In this document: piece after piece, positions 1 to 13,400 of the stretch
How positions within the stretch are numbered: position 1 is the first letter of the stretch
How the letters are laid out: every line of letters begins with the position of its first letter
NCBI GenBank assembly: GCA_043228905.1
Contig: JBHGNT010000101.1
Coordinates: 1-64,000 of the forward strand
DNA length: 64,000 nt
Source of the DNA: Azolla caroliniana
Lineage: Eukaryota; Plantae; Polypodiophyta
Reading direction: 5' to 3'
The notes under the pieces: generated by a model
What the model saw: only the letters and a program-made list of their open reading frames with translations
Told to the model about the DNA's origin: nothing
Databases searched by the model: none
Position numbers and translations under genes: made by a program

Positions 1-1777
1 AAATTTAAATGTTCATACCTGGCTCGTGTGATATTCTATTTTTGTGTTCAAACATGCGAATTGAAGCTAACAACCCTACCTATGATATGGAATTAAAAAA
101 TCAAGATTTTGATACTCAGGACGAGAGACATGACGAAATTAGCAAATTTGAGGAGCTAGTGGAGAAAAGCGCATTAGGAAATTAAAATGTTCATACCTGG
201 CTCGTGTGATATCGGATTCCTGTGTTCGAACAAGCGAATCGAAGCTAGCTACCCTAGCTATGATAGGGAATTGAGAAATCAAGATTTTCAAACTCAGGTC
301 GAGAGACATGACGAAATTAGCAAACTTGAGGATGTAGTGGAGAAGAGCGCGTACTAAATTAAAATGTTTATACCTGGCTCGTGTGATATCGGATTTTTGT
401 GTTCAAACATGCGAATCGAAGCTAACAACGCTACCTATAATATGGAACAAAAAAATCAAGATTTTAAAACTTAGGTCGAGAGAGATGACAAAATTAGCAA
501 AATTGAGGAGCTAGTGGAGAGGAGCGCGTTCGTAAATGAAAATGTTCATACCTTGCTCGTGTCATATCGGATTTTTGTGTTAAAACATGCGAATCAAAGC
601 TAACAACGCTAGCTATGATATGGAATTAAAAAATCAAGATTTTGAAACTCAGGTCGAGAGACATGACGAAATTACCAAATCTGAGGAGTGAGTTGAGAAG
701 AGCTAGTAGGTAAATGAAAATGTTCATACCTGGCTCGTGTGATATCGGATTTTTGTGTTCAAACATGCGAATCGAAGCTAACAACGCTAGCTATGATATG
801 GAATTAAAAAATCAAGATTTTGAAACTCAGGTCGAGAGACATGACGAAATTAGCAAACATGAGGAGGGAGTTGAGAGGAGCGCTTGAGTAAATTAAAATG
901 TTCATACCTGGCTCGTGTAATATCGGATTTTTGTGTTCAAACATGCGAATCGATGCTAACAACGTTAGCTATGATATGGAATTAAAAAATCAAGATTTTG
1001 AAACTCAGGTCGAGAGACATGACGAAATTACCAAATTTGAGGAGTGAGTTCAGAAGAGCTAGTAGGTAAATTAAAATGTTCATACCTGGCTTGTGTGATA
1101 TCGGATTTTTGTGTTCAAACATGCGAATCGAAGCTAACATTGCTAGCTATGATATGGAATTAAATAATCAAGATTTTGAAACTCGGGTCCACAGACATGA
1201 CGAAATTAGCAAATTGGAGGAGGTAGTGAAGAAGAGGGCGTACTGAATTAAAATGTTCATACCTGGCTCGTCTGATATCTGATTTTTGCGTTCAAACATT
1301 TAAATCGAAGCTCACAACGCTAGCTATGAGATGGAATTAAAATTCATTATTTTGAAACTGGGGTCGAGAGATATGAAGAAATTAGCAAACTTGAGGAGGT
1401 GGTGGAGAGGAGCCCTTGAGTAAATTAAAATGTTCATACCTGGCTCGTGTGATATCGGATTCCTGTGTTCGAACAAGCAAATCGAAGCTAACAACGCTAG
1501 CTATGACATGGAATTGAGAAATCAAGATTTTAAAACTCAGGTCGAGAGACATGACGAAATTAGCTAATTGGAGGATGGAGTTGAGAGGAACCCATGAGTA
1601 AATTAAAATGTTCATACCTGGCTCGTGTGATATCGGATCCCTGGGTTCGAACATGCGAATTGAAGATTACAACGCTAGGTATGATATAGAAATAAAAAAT
1701 CAAAATTTTGAAACTCAGGTCGAGAGACATGACGAAATTAGCTAACTAGAGGAGTGAGTTGAGAAGAGGTAGGAGGT

Positions 1778-1865
1778 AAATTAAAATGTTCATACATGGC
1801 TCGTGTGATATCGGATTTTTGTGTTCAAACATGCGAATCGAAGCTAACAACGCTAGCTCTGATAT
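1778..1865 (+). repeat. 88-bp half-monomer (second copy at 4854-4941)
   Basis: The sequence reads ...gctctgatatg-aattaaaa-tgttcatacatggc, jumping from the mid-monomer aattaaaa to the monomer-start aattaaaa. Confidence 0.92.
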
Positions 1866-2043
1866 GAATTAAAATGTTCATACATGGCTCGTGTGATATC
1901 GGATTTTTGTGTTCAAACATGCGAATCGAAGCTAACAACGATAATTATGATATGGAATTAAAAAATCAAGATTTTGAAACTCAGGTCGAGAGACATGACG
2001 AAATTAGCTAATTGGAGGATGGAGTTGAGAGGAACCCTTGAGT

Positions 2044-4497
2044 AAATTAAAATGTTCATACCTGGCTCGTGTGATATCGGATCCCTGGGTTCGAACATGC
2101 GAATTGAAGATTACAACGCTAGGTATGATATAGAAATAAAAAATCAAAATTTTGAAACTCAGGTCGAGAGACATGACGAAATTAGCTAGCTAGAGGAGTG
2201 AGTTGAGAAGAGCTAGGAGGTAAATTAAAATGTTCATACATGGCTCGTGTGATATCGGATTTTTGTGTTCAAACATGCGAATCGAAGCTAACAACGCTAA
2301 TTATGATATGGAATTAAAAAATCAAGATTTTGAAACTCAGGTCGAGAGACATGACAAAATTAGCTAATTGGAGGATGGAGTTGAGAGGAACCCTTGAGTA
2401 AATTAAAATGTTCATACCTGGCTCATGTGATATCGGATCCCTGTGTTCGAACATGCGAATCGAAGATTACAACGCTAGGTATGATATAGAAATCAAAAAT
2501 CAAAATTTTAAAACTGAGGTCGAGAGACATGACGAAATTAGCTAACTAGAGTAGGGAGTTGAGAGGAACTTTTCAGTAAATTAAAATGCTCATACCTGGG
2601 TCGTGTGATATCGGATTCCTGTGTTCGAACAAGCGAATCGAAGGTAACAACGCTAGCTATGCTATGGAATTAAAAAATCAAGATTTTGAAACTCGGGTTG
2701 ATAGATATGAAGATATTAGCAAACTTGAGGAGGCAGTGGAGAAGAGCCCGAGAGTAAATTAAAATGTTCATACCTGGCCCCTGTGATATCGGTTTCTTGT
2801 GTTCAAACATGCGAATCGAAGCTCACAACGCTAGCTATGATATAAAATTAAGAATTCAAGATTTTGAAACTCGGGTCGAGAGATATCAAGAAATTAGTAA
2901 ATTTAAGGAGGTAGTGGAGAAGAGCGCGTTAGTAAATTAAAATGTTCATACCTGGCTCGTGTGATATTGTATTTGTGTGTTCAAACATGCGAATTGAAGC
3001 TAACAACACTACCTATGATATTTTGAAACTCGGGTCGAGAGAGATGAAGAAATTAGCAAACTTGAGGAGGTAGTGGAGAGGAGCCCTTGAGTAAATTAAA
3101 ATGTTCATACCTAGCTCGTGTGATATAGGATTTTTGTGTTCAAACATGCGAATCGAAGCTAACAACGTTACCTATGGTATGGAATTCAAAAATCAAGATT
3201 TTGAAACTCAGGTCGAGAGAGATGACGAAATTAGCAAATTTGAGGAGCTAGTGGAGAAGAGCGCGTTAGGAAATTAAAATGTTCATACCTGGCTCGTGTG
3301 ATATCGGATCCCTGGGTTCGAACATGCGAATTGAAGATTACAACGCTAGGTATGATATAGAAATAAAAAATCAAAATTTTGAAACTCAGGTCGAGAGACA
3401 TGACGAAATTAGCTAACTAGAGGAGTGAGTTGAGAAGAGCTAGGAGGTAAATTAAAATGTTCATACATGGCTCGTGTGATATCGGATTTTTGTGTTCAAA
3501 CATGCGAATCGAAGCTAACAACGCTAATTATGATATGGAATTAAAAAATCAAGATTTTGAAACTCAGGTCGAGAGACATGACAAAATTAGCTAATTGGAG
3601 GATGGAGTTGAGAGGAACCCTTGAGTAAATTAAAATGTTCATACCTGGCTCATGTGATATCGGATCCCTGTGTTCGAACATGCGAATCGAAGATTACAAC
3701 GCTAGGTATGATATAGAAATCAAAAATCAAAATTTTAAAACTGAGGTCGAGAGACATGACGAAATTAGCTAACTAGAGTAGGGAGTTGAGAGGAACTTTT
3801 CAGTAAATTAAAATGCTCATACCTGGGTCGTGTGATATCGGATTCCTGTGTTCGAACAAGCGAATCGAAGGTAACAACGCTAGCTATGCTATGGAATTAA
3901 AAAATCAAGATTTTGAAACTCGGGTTGATAGATATGAAGATATTAGCAAACTTGAGGAGGCAGTGGAGAAGAGCCCGAGAGTAAATTAAAATGTTCATAC
4001 CTGGCCCCTGTGATATCGGTTTCTTGTGTTCAAACATGCGAATCGGAGCTCACAACGCTAGCTATGATATAAAATTAAGAATTCAAGATTTTGAAACTCG
4101 GGTCGAGAGATATGAAGAAATTAGTAAATTTAAGGAGGTAGTGGAGAAGAGCGCGTTAGTAAATTAAAATGTTCATACCTGGCTCGTGTGATATTGTATT
4201 TGTGTGTTCAAACATGCGAATCGAAGCTAACAACACTACCTATGATATTTTGAATTTCGGGTCGAGAGAGATGAAGAAATTAGCAAACTTGAGGAGGTAG
4301 TGGAGAGGAGCCCTTGAGTAAATTAAAATGTTCATACCTAGCTCGTGTGATATAGGATTTTTGTGTTCAAACATGCGAATCGAAGCTAACAACGTTACCT
4401 ATGATATGGAATTCAAAAATCAAGATTTTGAAACTCAGGTCGAGAGAGATGACGAAATTAGCAAATTTGAGGAGCTAGTGGAGAAGAGCGCGTTAGG
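2044..4497 (+). repeat. Nested 1227-bp, 7-monomer tandem duplication (2044-3270 / 3271-4497), recopied at 5120-7573
   Basis: Marker aaggtaacaacgctagctatgctatgg at 2641 and 3868; 1227 = 6x178 + 159. The two copies differ by several SNPs. Confidence 0.9.
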
Positions 4498-7400
4498 AAA
4501 TTAAAATGTTCATACCTGGCTGGTGTGATATCGGATTTTTGTGTTCGAACATCCGAATCGAAGCTAACAATGCTAGCTATGCTATGAAATTAAAAAATGA
4601 AGATTTTGAAACTCACGTCGAGAGAGATGATGAAATTAGCAAATTTGAGGAGCTAGTGGAGAAGAGCGCGTTCGTAAATTAAAATGTTCATACCTGGCTC
4701 GTGTGATATCGGATTATTTCGTTGAAACATGTGAATCGAAGGTCACAACGCTAGGTATGATATAGAAATAAAAAATCAAAATTTTGAAACTCAGGTCGAG
4801 AGACATGACGAAATTAGCTAACTAGAGGAGTGAGTTGAGAAGAGGTAGGAGGTAAATTAAAATGTTCATACATGGCTCGTGTGATATCGGATTTTTGTGT
4901 TCAAACATGCGAATCGAAGCTAACAACGCTAGCTCTGATATGAATTAAAATGTTCATACATGGCTCGTGTGATATCGGATTTTTGTGTTCAAACATGCGA
5001 ATCGAAGCTAACAACGATAATTATGATATGGAATTAAAAAATCAAGATTTTGAAACTCAGGTCGAGAGACATGACGAAATTAGCTAATTGGAGGATGGAG
5101 TTGAGAGGAACCCTTGAGTAAATTAAAATGTTCATACCTGGCTCGTGTGATATCGGATCCCTGGGTTCGAACATGCGAATTGAAGATTACAACGCTAGGT
5201 ATGATATAGAAATAAAAAATCAAAATTTTGAAACTCAGGTCGAGAGACATGACGAAATTAGCTAGCTAGAGGAGTGAGTTGAGAAGAGCTAGGAGGTAAA
5301 TTAAAATGTTCATACATGGCTCGTGTGATATCGGATTTTTGTGTTCAAACATGCGAATCGAAGCTAACAACGCTAATTATGATATGGAATTAAAAAATCA
5401 AGATTTTGAAACTCAGGTCGAGAGACATGACAAAATTAGCTAATTGGAGGATGGAGTTGAGAGGAACCCTTGAGTAAATTAAAATGTTCATACCTGGCTC
5501 ATGTGATATCGGATCCCTGTGTTCGAACATGCGAATCGAAGATTACAACGCTAGGTATGATATAGAAATCAAAAATCAAAATTTTAAAACTGAGGTCGAG
5601 AGACATGACGAAATTAGCTAACTAGAGTAGGGAGTTGAGAGGAACTTTTCAGTAAATTAAAATGCTCATACCTGGGTCGTGTGATATCGGATTCCTGTGT
5701 TCGAACAAGCGAATCGAAGGTAACAACGCTAGCTATGCTATGGAATTAAAAAATCAAGATTTTGAAACTCGGGTTGATAGATATGAAGATATTAGCAAAC
5801 TTGAGGAGGCAGTGGAGAAGAGCCCGAGAGTAAATTAAAATGTTCATACCTGGCCCCTGTGATATCGGTTTCTTGTGTTCAAACATGCGAATCGAAGCTC
5901 ACAACGCTAGCTATGATATAAAATTAAGAATTCAAGATTTTGAAACTCGGGTCGAGAGATATCAAGAAATTAGTAAATTTAAGGAGGTAGTGGAGAAGAG
6001 CGCGTTAGTAAATTAAAATGTTCATACCTGGCTCGTGTGATATTGTATTTGTGTGTTCAAACATGCGAATTGAAGCTAACAACACTACCTATGATATTTT
6101 GAAACTCGGGTCGAGAGAGATGAAGAAATTAGCAAACTTGAGGAGGTAGTGGAGAGGAGCCCTTGAGTAAATTAAAATGTTCATACCTAGCTCGTGTGAT
6201 ATAGGATTTTTGTGTTCAAACATGCGAATCGAAGCTAACAACGTTACCTATGGTATGGAATTCAAAAATCAAGATTTTGAAACTCAGGTCGAGAGAGATG
6301 ACGAAATTAGCAAATTTGAGGAGCTAGTGGAGAAGAGCGCGTTAGGAAATTAAAATGTTCATACCTGGCTCGTGTGATATCGGATCCCTGGGTTCGAACA
6401 TGCGAATTGAAGATTACAACGCTAGGTATGATATAGAAATAAAAAATCAAAATTTTGAAACTCAGGTCGAGAGACATGACGAAATTAGCTAACTAGAGGA
6501 GTGAGTTGAGAAGAGCTAGGAGGTAAATTAAAATGTTCATACATGGCTCGTGTGATATCGGATTTTTGTGTTCAAACATGCGAATCGAAGCTAACAACGC
6601 TAATTATGATATGGAATTAAAAAATCAAGATTTTGAAACTCAGGTCGAGAGACATGACAAAATTAGCTAATTGGAGGATGGAGTTGAGAGGAACCCTTGA
6701 GTAAATTAAAATGTTCATACCTGGCTCATGTGATATCGGATCCCTGTGTTCGAACATGCGAATCGAAGATTACAACGCTAGGTATGATATAGAAATCAAA
6801 AATCAAAATTTTAAAACTGAGGTCGAGAGACATGACGAAATTAGCTAACTAGAGTAGGGAGTTGAGAGGAACTTTTCAGTAAATTAAAATGCTCATACCT
6901 GGGTCGTGTGATATCGGATTCCTGTGTTCGAACAAGCGAATCGAAGGTAACAACGCTAGCTATGCTATGGAATTAAAAAATCAAGATTTTGAAACTCGGG
7001 TTGATAGATATGAAGATATTAGCAAACTTGAGGAGGCAGTGGAGAAGAGCCCGAGAGTAAATTAAAATGTTCATACCTGGCCCCTGTGATATCGGTTTCT
7101 TGTGTTCAAACATGCGAATCGGAGCTCACAACGCTAGCTATGATATAAAATTAAGAATTCAAGATTTTGAAACTCGGGTCGAGAGATATGAAGAAATTAG
7201 TAAATTTAAGGAGGTAGTGGAGAAGAGCGCGTTAGTAAATTAAAATGTTCATACCTGGCTCGTGTGATATTGTATTTGTGTGTTCAAACATGCGAATCGA
7301 AGCTAACAACACTACCTATGATATTTTGAATTTCGGGTCGAGAGAGATGAAGAAATTAGCAAACTTGAGGAGGTAGTGGAGAGGAGCCCTTGAGTAAATT

Positions 7401-7499
7401 AAAATGTTCATACCTAGCTCGTGTGATATAGGATTTTTGTGTTCAAACATGCGAATCGAAGCTAACAACGTTACCTATGATATGGAATTCAAAAATCAA

Positions 7500-10400
7500 G
7501 ATTTTGAAACTCAGGTCGAGAGAGATGACGAAATTAGCAAATTTGAGGAGCTAGTGGAGAAGAGCGCGTTAGGAAATTAAAATGTTCATACCTGGCTGGT
7601 GTGATATCGGATTTTTGTGTTCGAACATCCGAATCGAAGCTAACAATGCTAGCTATGCTATGAAATTAAAAAATGAAGATTTTGAAACTCACGTCGAGAG
7701 AGATGATGAAATTAGCAAATTTGAGGAGCTAGTGGAGAAGAGCGCGTTCGTAAATTAAAATGTTCATACCTGGCTCGTGTGATATCGGATTATTTCGTTG
7801 AAACATGTGAATCGAAGGTCACAACGCTAGCTATGATATAAAATTACGAATTCAAAATTTTGAAACTCGGGTCGATAGATATGAAGATATTAGCAAACTT
7901 GAGGAGGCAGTGGAGAAGAGCCGGAGAGTAAATTAAAATGTTCATACCTGGCCCCTGTGATATCCGTTTCTTGTGTTCAAACATGCGAATCGAAGCTCAC
8001 AACGCTAGCTATGATATAAAATTAAGAATTCAAGATTTTGAAACTCGGGTCGAGAGATATGAAGAAATTAGTAAATTTAAGGAGGTAGTGGAGAAGAGGA
8101 CGTTAGTAAATTAAAATGTTCATACCGGGCTCGTGTGATATTGGATTTTTGTGTTCAAACATGTGAATCGAAGCTAACAACACTACCTATGATATGGAAT
8201 TAAAAAATCAAGATTTTCAAACTCAGGTCGAGAGACATGACGAAATTAGCAAACTTGAGGAAGTAGTGGAGAGGAGCCCTTGAGTAAATTAAAATGTTCA
8301 TACTCTGCTCGTGTGATATTGGATTTTTGTGTTCAAACATGCGAATTGAAGCTAACAATGCTACCTATAATATGGAATAAAAAAATCAAGATTTTAAAAC
8401 TTAGGTCGAGAGAGATGACGAAATTAGCAAATTTGAGGAGGTAGTGGAGAGGAGCGCGTTAGTAATTTAAAATGTTCATACCTGGCTCGTGTGATATCCG
8501 AGTTTTGTGTTGACACATGCGAATCGAAGCTAACAACAGTAGCTATGATATTAAATTGAAAAATTATAATTTTGAAACTCAGGTCGAGAGACATGAAGAA
8601 ATTAGCAAACTTGAGGAAGTAGTGGAGAGGAGCCCTTGAGTAAATCAAAATGTTCATACTCTGCTCGTGTGATATTGGATTTTTGTGTTCAAACATGAGA
8701 CACGAAGCTAACAATGCTACCTATAATATGGAATAAAAAAATCAAGATTTTAAAACTTAGGTCGAGAGAGATGACAAAATTAGCAAATTTGAGGAGCTAG
8801 TGGAGAGGAGGGCGTTAGTAAATGAAAATGTTCATACCTGGCTCGTGTGATATCGGATTTTTGCGTTCAAACATGCGAATCGAAGCTCACAACGCTAGCA
8901 ATGATATAAAATTAAGAATTCAAGATTTTGAAACTCGAGTCGATAGATATGAAGATATTAGCAAACTTGAGGAGGCAGTGGAGAAGAGCCCGAGAGTAAA
9001 TTAAAATGTTCATACCTGGCCCCTGTGATATCGGTTTCTTGTGTTCAAACATGCGAATCGAAGCTCATGCGAATCAAGATTTTGAAACTCAGGTCGAGAG
9101 ACATGACGAAATTACCAAATTTGAGGAGTGAGTTGAGAAGAGCTAGGAGGTAAATAATATCAGATTTTTGTGTTCAATCATGCGAATCGAAGATTACAAC
9201 GCTAGGTATGATATAGAAATCAAAAATCAAAATTTTAAAACTGAGGTCGAGAGACATGACGAAATTAGCTAACTAGAGCAGGGAGTTGAGAGGAACCTTT
9301 CAGTAAATTAAAATGCTCATACCTGGGTCGTGTGATATCGGATTCCTGTGTTCGAACAAGCGAATCGATGCTAACAACGCTAGCTATGATATGGAATTAA
9401 AAAATCGAGATTATGAAACTCGGGTCGATAGATATGAAGATATTAGCAAACTTGAGGAGGCAGTGGAGAAGAGCCCGAGAGTAAATTAAAATGTTCATAC
9501 CTGGCCCCTGTGATATCGGTTTCTTGTGTTCAAACATGCGAATCGAAGCTCACAATGCTAGCTATGATATAAAATTAAGAATTCAAGATTTTGAAACTCG
9601 GGCCGAGAGATATGAAGAAATTAGTAAATTTAAGGAGGTAGTGGAGAAGAGCGCGTTAGTAAATTAAAATGTTCATACCTGGCTCGTGTGATATTGTATT
9701 TGTGTGTTCACACATGCGAATCGAAGCTAACAACACTACCTATGATATTTTGAATTTCGGGTCGAGAGAGATGAAGAAATTAGCAAACTTGAGGAGGTAG
9801 TGGAGAGGAGCCCTTGAGTAAATTAAAATGTTCATACCTAGCTCGTGTGATATAGGATTTTTGTGTTCAAACATGCGAATCGAAGCTAACAACGTTACCT
9901 ATTATATGGAATTCAAAAATCAAGATTTTGAAACTCAGGTCGAGAGAGATGACGAAATTAGCAAATTTGAGGAGCTAGTGGAGAAGAGCGCGTTAGGAAA
10001 TTAAAATGTTCATACCTGGCTGGTGTGATATCGGATTTTTGTGTTCGAACATCCGAATCGAAGCTAACAATGCTAGCTATGCTATGAAATTAAAAAATGA
10101 AGATTTTGAAACTCACGTCGAGAGAGATGATGAAATTAGCAAATTTGAGGAGCTAGTGGAGAAGAGCGCGTTCGTAAATTAAAATGTTCATACCTGGCTC
10201 GTGTGATATCGGATTATTTCGTTGAAACATGTGAATCGAAGGTCACAACGCTAGCTATGATATAAAATTACGAATTCAAAATTTTGAAACTCGGGTCGAT
10301 AGATATGAAGATATTAGCAAACTTGAGGAGGCAGTGGAGAAGAGCCGGAGAGTAAATTAAAATGTTCATACCTGGCCCCTGTGATATCCGTTTCTTGTGT

Positions 10401-13400
10401 TCAAACATGCGAATCGAAGCTCACAACGCTAGCTATGATATAAAATTAAGAATTCAAGATTTTGAAACTCGGGTCGAGAGATATGAAGAAATTAGTAAAT
10501 TTAAGGAGGTAGTGGAGAAGAGGACGTTAGTAAATTAAAATGTTCATACCGGGCTCGTGTGATATTGGATTTTTGTGTTCAAACATGTGAATCGAAGCTA
10601 ACAACACTACCTATGATATGGAATTAAAAAATCAAGATTTTCAAACTCAGGTCGAGAGACATGACGAAATTAGCAAACTTGAGGAAGTAGTGGAGAGGAG
10701 CCCTTGAGTAAATTAAAATGTTCATACTCTGCTCGTGTGATATTGGATTTTTGTGTTCAAACATGCGAATTGAAGCTAACAATGCTACCTATAATATGGA
10801 ATAAAAAAATCAAGATTTTAAAACTTAGGTCGAGAGAGATGACGAAATTAGCAAATTTGAGGAGGTAGTGGAGAGGAGCGCGTTAGTAATTTAAAATGTT
10901 CATACCTGGCTCGTGTGATATCCGAGTTTTGTGTTGACACATGCGAATCGAAGCTAACAACAGTAGCTATGATATTAAATTGAAAAATTATAATTTTGAA
11001 ACTCAGGTCGAGAGACATGAAGAAATTAGCAAACTTGAGGAAGTAGTGGAGAGGAGCCCTTGAGTAAATCAAAATGTTCATACTCTGCTCGTGTGATATT
11101 GGATTTTTGTGTTCAAACATGAGACACGAAGCTAACAATGCTACCTATAATATGGAATAAAAAAATCAAGATTTTAAAACTTAGGTCGAGAGAGATGACA
11201 AAATTAGCAAATTTGAGGAGCTAGTGGAGAGGAGGGCGTTAGTAAATGAAAATGTTCATACCTGGCTCGTGTGATATCGGATTTTTGCGTTCAAACATGC
11301 GAATCGAAGCTCACAACGCTAGCAATGATATAAAATTAAGAATTCAAGATTTTGAAACTCGAGTCGATAGATATGAAGATATTAGCAAACTTGAGGAGGC
11401 AGTGGAGAAGAGCCCGAGAGTAAATTAAAATGTTCATACCTGGCCCCTGTGATATCGGTTTCTTGTGTTCAAACATGCGAATCGAAGCTCATGCGAATCA
11501 AGATTTTGAAACTCAGGTCGAGAGACATGACGAAATTACCAAATTTGAGGAGTGAGTTGAGAAGAGCTAGGAGGTAAATTAAAATGTTCATACATGGCTC
11601 GTGTGATATCAGATTTTTGTGTTCAATCATGCGAATCGAAGATTACAACGCTAGGTATGATATAGAAATCAAAAATCAAAATTTTAAAACTGAGGTCGAG
11701 AGACATGACGAAATTAGCTAACTAGAGCAGGGAGTTGAGAGGAACCTTTCAGTAAATTAAAATGCTCATACCTGGGTCGTGTGATATCGGATTCCTGTGT
11801 TCGAACAAGCGAATCGATGCTAACAACGCTAGCTATGATATGGAATTAAAAAATCGAGATTATGAAACTCGGGTCGATAGATATGAAGATATTAGCAAAC
11901 TTGAGGAGGCAGTGGAGAAGAGCCCGAGAGTAAATTAAAATGTTCATACCTGGCCCCTGTGATATCGGTTTCTTGTGTTCAAACATGCGAATCGAAGCTC
12001 ACAATGCTAGCTATGATATAAAATTAAGAATTCAAGATTTTGAAACTCGGGCCGAGAGATATGAAGAAATTAGTAAATTTAAGGAGGTAGTGGAGAAGAG
12101 CGCGTTAGTAAATTAAAATGTTCATACCTGGCTCGTGTGATATTGTATTTGTGTGTTCACACATGCGAATCGAAGCTAACAACACTACCTATGATATTTT
12201 GAATTTCGGGTCGAGAGAGATGAAGAAATTAGCAAACTTGAGGAGGTAGTGGAGAGGAGCCCTTGAGTAAATTAAAATGTTCATACCTAGCTCGTGTGAT
12301 ATAGGATTTTTGTGTTCAAACATGCGAATCGAAGCTAACAACGTTACCTATTATATGGAATTCAAAAATCAAGATTTTGAAACTCAGGTCGAGAGAGATG
12401 ACGAAATTAGCAAATTTGAGGAGCTAGTGGAGAAGAGCGCGTTAGGAAATTAAAATGTTCATACCTGGCTGGTGTGATATCGGATTTTTGTGTTCGAACA
12501 TCCGAATCGAAGCTAACAATGCTAGCTATGCTATGAAATTAAAAAATGAAGATTTTGAAACTCACGTCGAGAGAGATGATGAAATTAGCAAATTTGAGGA
12601 GCTAGTGGAGAAGAGCGCGTTCGTAAATTAAAATGTTCATACCTGGCTCGTGTGATATCGGATTATTTCGTTGAAACATGTGAATCGAAGGTCACAACGC
12701 TAGCTATGATATAAAATTACGAATTCAAAATTTTGAAACTCGGGTCGATAGATATGAAGATATTAGCAAACTTGAGGAGGCAGTGGAGAAGAGCCGGAGA
12801 GTAAATTAAAATGTTCATACCTGGCCCCTGTGATATCCGTTTCTTGTGTTCAAACATGCGAATCGAAGCTCACAACGCTAGCTATGATATAAAATTAAGA
12901 ATTCAAGATTTTGAAACTCGGGTCGAGAGATATGAAGAAATTAGTAAATTTAAGGAGGTAGTGGAGAAGAGGACGTTAGTAAATTAAAATGTTCATACCG
13001 GGCTCGTGTGATATTGGATTTTTGTGTTCAAACATGTGAATCGAAGCTAACAACACTACCTATGATATGGAATTAAAAAATCAAGATTTTCAAACTCAGG
13101 TCGAGAGACATGACGAAATTAGCAAACTTGAGGAAGTAGTGGAGAGGAGCCCTTGAGTAAATTAAAATGTTCATACTCTGCTCGTGTGATATTGGATTTT
13201 TGTGTTCAAACATGCGAATTGAAGCTAACAATGCTACCTATAATATGGAATAAAAAAATCAAGATTTTAAAACTTAGGTCGAGAGAGATGACGAAATTAG
13301 CAAATTTGAGGAGGTAGTGGAGAGGAGCGCGTTAGTAATTTAAAATGTTCATACCTGGCTCGTGTGATATCCGAGTTTTGTGTTGACACATGCGAATCGA

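Larger units (their letters stand above)
1669..7820 (+). repeat. Tandem duplication of a 3076-bp, 18-monomer unit (1669-4744 / 4745-7820)
   Basis: Marker agctctgatatgaatt at 1855 and 4931; junction sequence acaacgctag at 1669, 4745 and 7821. 3076 = 15x178 + 2x159 + 88. Confidence 0.92.

Noticed and set aside
1600-1660. Resemblance to the 5' end of plant 5S rRNA (tcatacc...cggatccc...gaac)
   Set aside because: Only short words match, spacing differs, ggatccc is a minority variant, and the rest is not collinear with a 120-nt 5S gene. An Infernal search with the 5S model would settle it.
2060-2100. Pol III A-box-like (tggctcgtgtg) and B-box-like (ggttcgaac) motifs suggesting tRNA/SINE origin
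   Set aside because: Both matches are imperfect, their ~26-bp separation is much shorter than in tRNA genes, and no cloverleaf is evident.
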